DNA of 64,000 bases from a virus. The stretch lies in IMG/VR virus record IMGVR_UViG_3300035698_012962, positions 1-64,000 of that record. One strand, 5' to 3'. The notes beneath the pieces are model-generated. The model saw only the letters and a program-made list of their open reading frames with translations, was not told the DNA's origin and did not search any database. Positions 57,696 to 64,000 of the stretch are shown one piece after another. The position numbers and the translations under genes were made by a program. Every line of letters starts with the position of its first letter. The first letter of the stretch is position 1.

Positions 57696-60600
57696 CTTTA
57701 GAGAATCCTTTTTCTTTCCTAATCTCAATTAATTGGTCAGCAAAGTCCCTTGAAGTATCCAAATGGGATATTAATACAACAAATTCAAATTGAGTCTTTA
57801 AATAGTTAAATAACATAAATACTGATTGTAAGTTTTCACTGTCTAATGAACCTAACCCTTCATCAATAATTAAGAATGTAGGATGTGGTAAATTACAAAT
57901 GTTAATTAACGCCACTCTAATTGCAAGACCTGAAATGAACCTCTCCATTCCACTACATAATTCCAATGCCCATCGTTGGTCATCATAATTAATATATGCA
58001 TTTATATTTTTACCATCCATCTCTAATTCCATTGAAAATTCAACAATTTGTGATAATATATTGTTAATTTCCCCTTCAATTGATGGTATGGACTGTTTAA
58101 TTAACTCATATGGAACACCATCTCTCTTTACAGCCTCAATATAAAGTTCTAATGCCTTTTGATCCTCTTCTAACTTTTTAATTTTATCTATTTGTGATAA
58201 AATATATTGTTTATCATTTTTTAATGTAGAAATTTTACCATTTAACTCTAAAACATCTTTATTATAATCGGCTAATGATTGTTTTATATTAGATAAATCA
58301 TCCTTATAATCAGCTATCTCTAACTTAATTACTTTGTTTTTCTCAATATCTGTTTCAAATTTGTAATATTCTTCGATATTTTTCTTATTTTCCTTGATTT
58401 TTTCATCAATTCGCTGTATATTGTTAGTTTGTGTTAGTATAAACTCTTTATTTTGTTGGATTTTACGTTCTTTTTCATAAATAGAGTTTTTTAAATCTAA
58501 ATATCCACTCCATTTCTCCTCAGCAGATTTTACATCACTAATATCAGCGTTAATATCGTCTAATTGATTAATTAATTTATTTAAATGGGTATTTAACCTA
58601 TTTATTTCGTTTGTTGAGTTTTCTCTTGTTTTTATAACCGTTTCTGCATTTTCTACACAAAAATCACAACTATCATCGTATTCATACCCCTCAACTTCCT
58701 TTAATCTACCTTGAAAACCTTCAATCTTTAAATTAATTTTATCTTTTTCATGTTTTAACTTAGTTTTATTAGTATTTAAAGTTTTTAATGTATTAAAATT
58801 ACGTTTTAGATCATCTTCATCTAATTTATTGAATATTTCCTTTAATGTATTATATTCAGTAACAGTAGGTTTTATTTTTTCTTGTTCTTTTTCTATTTTA
58901 TCTTCAATAGATGATACCTCCGACTTTAATAACTCCTTTTCTTGTTCTAAAACCTTAATATCTTGAACATCTGTCGATAAATTAATTAATTTTTCATTCA
59001 ATTCTTCAATTTTATCAATGATACTATCTTTTTCTTTCTCCAACTCCACAACATCATCATTTATTTGTTGATATTGTAATTCCAGCATTGAAATATCAGA
59101 TGTAAGATCGGATAATTTCTCTGAATAGTTCTCCGTATTGAAATTTTTAATTAACGTTTGGTTTTCCTTATTAATATCCAATGCAATAGTGGATAATTTA
59201 TCAAAAATATCAACGCCTGTGAATTGAGAAAGAATATCTTTACGTTCTGTTTGAGATTTATCAATAAATAAGGCATTATTACCTTGTAATGATAAAGCAG
59301 TTAAGATAAAGTCATCATATGTACCTAAATAAGTTTCAATAATTGAATTAGTATCTCTTCGTTGCTCACCGTTAAGATTTACATGATCCCCTAATGTGTT
59401 TATTTTCCAAAAATCGACATCTACCTTTACAGTAGTACCTTTTTTGTTCATTTTTGCTATTCTCTCAATAAAATAATCTTCGTTATTGATTCTGAACTGA
59501 AATTTACATCTAAAATTCTTTTTTTGGTTGTTTAATATTTGAATAGCTTTAAATGCTCTTTCAGATTTATCAAAAATACAAAAAGATAGGGCTGAGAACA
59601 AACTACTCTTTCCAGATGCGTTTGGGGCAAATATACCAATTAAACCTTTTAAATTTTCAAATTCAACAGAGTTACCTTCACCATAAGAGAACATATTAGA
59701 AAATTCAAACTTAACTGGTTCCCATAATATGTTTTTATCTACAATATCGGATGATGTTAGTTCATTATTTAATCTATTATTTAAATCAGTGATTATCTCT
59801 TTAGCTTCATTATCTATTCCGAAATTTCTTTCCAAATAATCAGTAATAAGTTCATTTTGTGAAGTAATATCCTTAATATTGTTAAATATATTAGACTCAT
59901 TTACCCCATCGCTAAATTTTAGTTTAGAAATTGTATCTGTTCTTGAGTATGATATTGAATCAATCGAAAACAGTGATTGAAGTTCTGTCAATCGTAACTT
60001 CATATCAGATGTTTCCGTATTAGTAAACCGTACTCTCATTCTTGGGTATTTTGGGAGTTTATTATCCCTTTCATCATATACCCATTGAGGTATTTTATTA
60101 TCTACAACATCAACGGTAACATATCCCCAATCATTTTTTATATCACGTTCGGTAAAGGTACGTTTTTTAATATCCCATAATAAGTAACCATGATTTTCTA
60201 ATAATTCTCCATGGTTTTGTTGGATCATCGAACCACAGTATTGTATTATTGGTTTTTTTTCTTTCTCATTATATTCTTGTACAGTTTGTCGTTTGTGGAT
60301 ATCTCCAAGCATAGCCATATGCCACCCATCAAATGTCATCTGATTAAAATGTCTAGATACTACTTCGTACCCAATATCAGTCTTTACTCTATTGAGAGGT
60401 CCGTGAAAGAAACAAATTTTATGCTCTCCTTCAACATCCATCCCATCAGGCCAGTTTTCTTTTTCATCTAAAATAGAATATACTCCTGTTGTTAGATTTC
60501 CAATCTCATATACTCCAGTATCTCGTAAGTACACTACGTTTGGGTTGTTAATATTTTCTACTATAGGAGTTAATACATCAAGTCTGGATGGATTCTTATG

Positions 60601-60891
60601 GTTGCAATCATGATTACCTGTAATTAATACAGTTGGTCTTAAATTTCCACATTCATTTAAAAACCAACTTATCATCTGTACTAACTCAGGTGACATTTCA
60701 GTTTTAGCATGAGCGATATCTCCACCGATATAAATAAGTGAATTTTTTAGCTTATCTTTTTTAACAGTACTGAGAAATCGTTTGAAAACAGTTCTATATT
60801 CAGCATGTCTTTTTAAGTTTCTTATATGCAAATCCGCTAAGTGATAGACATAATCGAATTGTTGATCTTCAAAATATTTTAAATGTGTCAT
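57685..60891 (-). CDS. Fused Mre11/SbcD nuclease and Rad50/SbcC ATPase (gp47-gp46 fusion)
   Basis: DLH, GD, GNHD and GDIH phosphoesterase motifs; NASGKSS Walker A, coiled coil with CDFC hook, CSGME signature, IIDEG Walker B. Confidence 0.92.
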   Translation of the reverse strand: MTHLKYFEDQQFDYVYHLADLHIRNLKRHAEYRTVFKRFLSTVKKDKLKNSLIYIGGDIAHAKTEMSPELVQMISWFLNECGNLRPTVLITGNHDCNHKNPSRLDVLTPIVENINNPNVVYLRDTGVYEIGNLTTGVYSILDEKENWPDGMDVEGEHKICFFHGPLNRVKTDIGYEVVSRHFNQMTFDGWHMAMLGDIHKRQTVQEYNEKEKKPIIQYCGSMIQQNHGELLENHGYLLWDIKKRTFTERDIKNDWGYVTVDVVDNKIPQWVYDERDNKLPKYPRMRVRFTNTETSDMKLRLTELQSLFSIDSISYSRTDTISKLKFSDGVNESNIFNNIKDITSQNELITDYLERNFGIDNEAKEIITDLNNRLNNELTSSDIVDKNILWEPVKFEFSNMFSYGEGNSVEFENLKGLIGIFAPNASGKSSLFSALSFCIFDKSERAFKAIQILNNQKKNFRCKFQFRINNEDYFIERIAKMNKKGTTVKVDVDFWKINTLGDHVNLNGEQRRDTNSIIETYLGTYDDFILTALSLQGNNALFIDKSQTERKDILSQFTGVDIFDKLSTIALDINKENQTLIKNFNTENYSEKLSDLTSDISMLELQYQQINDDVVELEKEKDSIIDKIEELNEKLINLSTDVQDIKVLEQEKELLKSEVSSIEDKIEKEQEKIKPTVTEYNTLKEIFNKLDEDDLKRNFNTLKTLNTNKTKLKHEKDKINLKIEGFQGRLKEVEGYEYDDSCDFCVENAETVIKTRENSTNEINRLNTHLNKLINQLDDINADISDVKSAEEKWSGYLDLKNSIYEKERKIQQNKEFILTQTNNIQRIDEKIKENKKNIEEYYKFETDIEKNKVIKLEIADYKDDLSNIKQSLADYNKDVLELNGKISTLKNDKQYILSQIDKIKKLEEDQKALELYIEAVKRDGVPYELIKQSIPSIEGEINNILSQIVEFSMELEMDGKNINAYINYDDQRWALELCSGMERFISGLAIRVALINICNLPHPTFLIIDEGLGSLDSENLQSVFMLFNYLKTQFEFVVLISHLDTSRDFADQLIEIRKEKGFSKVNV

Positions 60892-61829
60892 ACTAGTTCT
60901 AATCTTGATAATAACATATCATCCCAATATGTTTCCTTTGATGATTTCATTAACGAAACCATTCCCCCAAATCCAATTTTACTTGGATCTTTATCATTTA
61001 ATTTTAGATGTGTAATTTTTATTCCATTATCTGAAAAGTAAGTAGCATATTTCATACTACTTTCAATAGCTTTAGCTTCATTATCAAATGCAAAAAATAA
61101 ATGTTTTACTTCCTTATTAAATATTGTTTCTCTTAAACTTGGTTGTATAATTATACCTAACAACGGTATTGCGTTTCTACGAATAGCTATCGCATCCAAA
61201 GCCCCTTCACATAATACTATTGGCAAATTCCAATTGATTTGATTTCCGAACATTATTACATCTTTGGAAAATGGTGGATTTTTATACTTCATACCTTCAT
61301 CAGAAGTTGTTCTACTAACAAAATAGTTTAAATCACCTTCTTCATCGTAAGATGGTATAATTATCATTCCGTCATATTCTCCACCATCACTAATACCTAT
61401 ATTATACTTTCGTATTAATCGTTCATCAATATCTCTACCTTTTAAATAATATAAAGCTTGTTTATATATAGGATTTTTACTATCTTGTTTATCATATAGC
61501 TGAACGAATTCCTTTGGTAAGAATATTTTAGGTTTTTCTTCTTTATGTTTATGATAGGAAGATGTAACATCTTTATAAACATTTTTTACTTTTTTTATGG
61601 ATTCATAATCCGTGCCAACTTTTTTTAATAGGTTGTGGATTTTTAGACCTGCGGTATTACATACCCAGCAGTTCCACTTTTGGTTTTCCACATGAACTTC
61701 TAATTTTTTCTTATGATGATTACAGAAAGGACAATGAAACTTATAATTTTGGTCGGACGCCTTTTCGTATGAACCTAATTTAGAAAACAAAATAGATAAT
61801 ATCGTTTTCTTATCTCTATATGAAATCAT
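60888..61829 (-). CDS. DNA primase (zinc finger plus Toprim)
   Basis: CPFCNH...CWVC, IIIP, EG.LD and FDNE motifs. Start moved to MISYR because a promoter overlaps the listed start. Confidence 0.88.
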   Translation of the reverse strand: MISYRDKKTILSILFSKLGSYEKASDQNYKFHCPFCNHHKKKLEVHVENQKWNCWVCNTAGLKIHNLLKKVGTDYESIKKVKNVYKDVTSSYHKHKEEKPKIFLPKEFVQLYDKQDSKNPIYKQALYYLKGRDIDERLIRKYNIGISDGGEYDGMIIIPSYDEEGDLNYFVSRTTSDEGMKYKNPPFSKDVIMFGNQINWNLPIVLCEGALDAIAIRRNAIPLLGIIIQPSLRETIFNKEVKHLFFAFDNEAKAIESSMKYATYFSDNGIKITHLKLNDKDPSKIGFGGMVSLMKSSKETYWDDMLLSRLELV

Positions 61830-61850
61830 ATGTTTTATTATATAACATAT

Positions 61851-61879
61851 AATATACAAAATAATATATTAAATGTCAA
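61851..61879 (-). promoter_or_regulatory. Sigma70-like promoter TTGACA-N17-TATATT for primase and Mre11-Rad50
   Basis: Perfect -35 hexamer and 17-bp spacer on the minus strand. Confidence 0.65.
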
Positions 61880-62336
61880 TTAAATCTTTTTTGAAGAACT
61901 TAGATAGTATGTTACCATTTAGTGATTTTTCATCTCGAAGAACATCTCTTTTAACTTGTTCCTCTATCTCACCATAAGTTAGTGATTTTTTTGTAGGATA
62001 TGCTTGTAGTATTTCTCTCTTGAAATCTTTTTTATTTCCTTTTTTAATTTCAGCCTTTATCCAATCATTTGAGCTCCAATAATCTGCCCATTTTGATTCT
62101 TTCACTACTCTTTTTTTAGATGGTGGTCTACCACCTATACCTTTCTCTTTTCGTTCTTCTTTTATTTTAGCGAGTTCTCGTTTCCCAATCTTAACGTTAC
62201 GAATAGAGATAATAGATTTTTTTCCGATATAGTAATTCCCGGTTGGTATATGAGTTATTTTATATACAAACCCTTGTGTATCTTTTGGAAAATCATCTAT
62301 TGATGAAACTTCCTTGTTATTGTATAACCAATTCAT
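61869..62336 (-). CDS. GIY-YIG family endonuclease
   Basis: GFVYKIT...YYIGKK, YWSS, F.REIL and LNGNI motifs; probable start MNWLY at 62334-62336. Confidence 0.75.
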   Translation of the reverse strand: MNWLYNNKEVSSIDDFPKDTQGFVYKITHIPTGNYYIGKKSIISIRNVKIGKRELAKIKEERKEKGIGGRPPSKKRVVKESKWADYWSSNDWIKAEIKKGNKKDFKREILQAYPTKKSLTYGEIEEQVKRDVLRDEKSLNGNILSKFFKKDLIDI

Positions 62337-62337
62337 T

Positions 62338-62508
62338 TTAACCTCTAGGTGTATCTGAATATCTTGTTGTTGGTACAGCGCCATTTCGTGCTTGCTCTAA
62401 TTCCTTGTCGGAAAGTTTTGATTTTGTTATAGGTGTTTTACTTTTACTTTTATCAATTTTTGATGATAAATCTGAAGCGTTATAGATATCTAATATTGTT
62501 TTTGCCAT
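62338..62508 (-). CDS. Small late protein (below the ORF track cutoff)
   Basis: MAKTILDIYNASDLSSKIDKSKSKTPITKSKLSDKELEQARNGAVPTTRYSDTPRG, with the late-promoter motif at 62526-62534. Confidence 0.6.
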   Translation of the reverse strand: MAKTILDIYNASDLSSKIDKSKSKTPITKSKLSDKELEQARNGAVPTTRYSDTPRG

Positions 62509-62548
62509 AATTTATTTCCCTTTAGTATAAGTATAAGGTTTTTTAAAA

Positions 62549-63661
62549 TTACGTATCTAATCGTATAACAAAGTTTACTGGGTAATCGGGAAGAGATTTT
62601 ATCGGTTGAGTTAATTTACCAATAGCTAACAATTCTCTATTATTGTTATATAATCCAATAGTTGTAATATAAGGAGCTAAAAAGGAACCTGTTTGGTCTA
62701 ATATTCCTATTTTCTCATAATCATTAAATGAGCCTGAAACCGATGGGTTAAAATCAGATATAAATGAACGTTTTACAATTGGTATTGTTTTTGTAGTTTC
62801 TTCACCAAATACACCCAAAATTGGTATCTGTTCTATTGCAGTTGGGTTTTGTGAAACATTAAATTCGTCTTCTTCTACGGTTAAAAAATACTCCAATTCG
62901 TAAATAGTCTTTGTACTATTCAATTCAATATTGAATTCACTAAGAAAACTTAATACATTACTACTAACTACATTTATTACAACTATTCCCGATTCATAAA
63001 ATATATTTCCAATTTGTTCGGAATAAAGTGTAAGGCCGCCTATACTTAATTCCGGTTCCTCTATAATTAAAATATTTTCATTTGTATCCAATTCTAATAA
63101 TGTGAACTCTTTTGTTTCATTTTCATATGTTAAAATAATAGAGTTTGCATTAATATCTATTGAATTTATTTCAAATGTATAATCAATAGTATTATTAGTT
63201 AATATGAGAATATTATCATCTAAATTAACTAATTTTGTTTTATAGATGGTATGGGTATTACTATATAAGTTAGAGTAACCGTCATCTGTTATAGTTATAT
63301 TTTCTACAGAATTTGAAAGTTTAAATGTAGTTCTTCTTATCCCCTCACCATAAATCATTGGCGGAACAGAAAATACAATAGCATCTTCAAATAAAGTACG
63401 TTCAATATTTATCCCTCTATACTTTCTATCTCCTAAATCTGTTATACTACCTATATCATCACTGTAGTATTGTTTTTTTATTGATTGGTATAACGGATAT
63501 TGGTACACACCATTTGTAGTTGGGGCAGTAGTTGGATCAAATTCCCCACCGATTAACTTTTGTATTCTAAATACAGGTAAATCATTTTCATCCAATAACC
63601 ATCTCTTATATACTTGAAATGGTCTAATTGAGCTATCGGTATCTGGTATTTGTTTATACAT
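62549..63661 (-). CDS. Baseplate/tail structural protein
   Basis: GNIFYESG, EFNVSQNPT and PYITTIGLYN...LLAIGKL.QP motifs; paralogous to the next gene. Confidence 0.65.
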   Translation of the reverse strand: MYKQIPDTDSSIRPFQVYKRWLLDENDLPVFRIQKLIGGEFDPTTAPTTNGVYQYPLYQSIKKQYYSDDIGSITDLGDRKYRGINIERTLFEDAIVFSVPPMIYGEGIRRTTFKLSNSVENITITDDGYSNLYSNTHTIYKTKLVNLDDNILILTNNTIDYTFEINSIDINANSIILTYENETKEFTLLELDTNENILIIEEPELSIGGLTLYSEQIGNIFYESGIVVINVVSSNVLSFLSEFNIELNSTKTIYELEYFLTVEEDEFNVSQNPTAIEQIPILGVFGEETTKTIPIVKRSFISDFNPSVSGSFNDYEKIGILDQTGSFLAPYITTIGLYNNNRELLAIGKLTQPIKSLPDYPVNFVIRLDT

Positions 63662-63740
63662 TTATTGATCCTATAAAAAAGTTCCTTATATAATTAAATA
63701 TAAGAAACTTTAATTTTATACTTTTAATTAATATCCTCTA

Positions 63741-63998
63741 TTAAAATGAAATTTTCACCTTGACCAAAACTTCTTTATCGAAGGATTTAGCCACAGGTTG
63801 AGATGTTTTAGCAATCGCCAACATTTCATTCGAACTATCATAAAGACCAATAGAAGTTATAAACACTTTTGGATCTCTTTCAAATGATTCTTCTACAAAT
63901 TCACCTGTCGTTCTATCCGCAAATGTAGGATTATTTGAAAAATTAAATTCTCTATTAGTAGCTCTTACAAAATAATGAGAAGTTGATATGTTTTCTTT
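63741..63998 (-). CDS. Baseplate/tail structural protein, C-terminal fragment
   Basis: Hand translation HYFVRATNREFNFSNNPTF...VFITSIGLYDSSNEMLAIAKTSQPVAKSFDKEVLVKVKISF; enters from the right edge. Confidence 0.65.
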   Translation of the reverse strand, partial: KENISTSHYFVRATNREFNFSNNPTFADRTTGEFVEESFERDPKVFITSIGLYDSSNEMLAIAKTSQPVAKSFDKEVLVKVKISF

Positions 63999-64000
63999 TC

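Noticed and set aside
62337-62384. N-terminal extension of the GIY-YIG ORF in the track
   Set aside because: It overlaps a better-supported 56-aa late ORF in another frame; MNWLY at 62336 is the likelier start.
1-64000. Stop-codon reassignment, as seen in some large phages
   Set aside because: Core genes are full length in the standard code, and TAA, TAG and TGA are all used as stops.

Overview
This AT-rich 64-kb window is the virion morphogenesis region of a large (probably jumbo/huge) tailed phage with a T4-like head module. It is read almost entirely on the minus strand in the standard genetic code. Head and packaging genes: large terminase, an intein-split portal, gp21-like prohead protease, acidic scaffold, gp23-like major capsid protein and gp13/14/15-like neck and tail-completion proteins. 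Tail genes: several Gly-rich/LamG proteins and repeat-built tail fibres. Other genes: a phage ribosomal protein bS21, a CCA-adding enzyme fusion, PhoH, a five-gene glycosylation cassette, a fused Mre11-Rad50 (gp47-gp46) and primase. The layout fits the described bS21-encoding large phages, which are generally linked to Bacteroidota; the host is inferred, not shown. The most striking unexplained structures are four. (1) About 13 unrelated small or modular genes share two classes of N-terminal leader ending in prohead-protease-like [ILV]-x-E sites; two leaders are identical over 45 bp of DNA. This looks like a modular capsid-cargo tagging system carrying enzymes. (2) S-G-S/T-G-S tripeptides are conspicuous in outward-facing virion proteins, and the window encodes a protein-initiating glycosyltransferase pathway. 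(3) A duplicated promoter plus palindrome-array element flanks the PhoH-glycosylation block. (4) There are candidate structured RNA leaders and a late-promoter motif in the opposite orientation to the T4 consensus. All family assignments come from motif recognition by eye; no searches were run.
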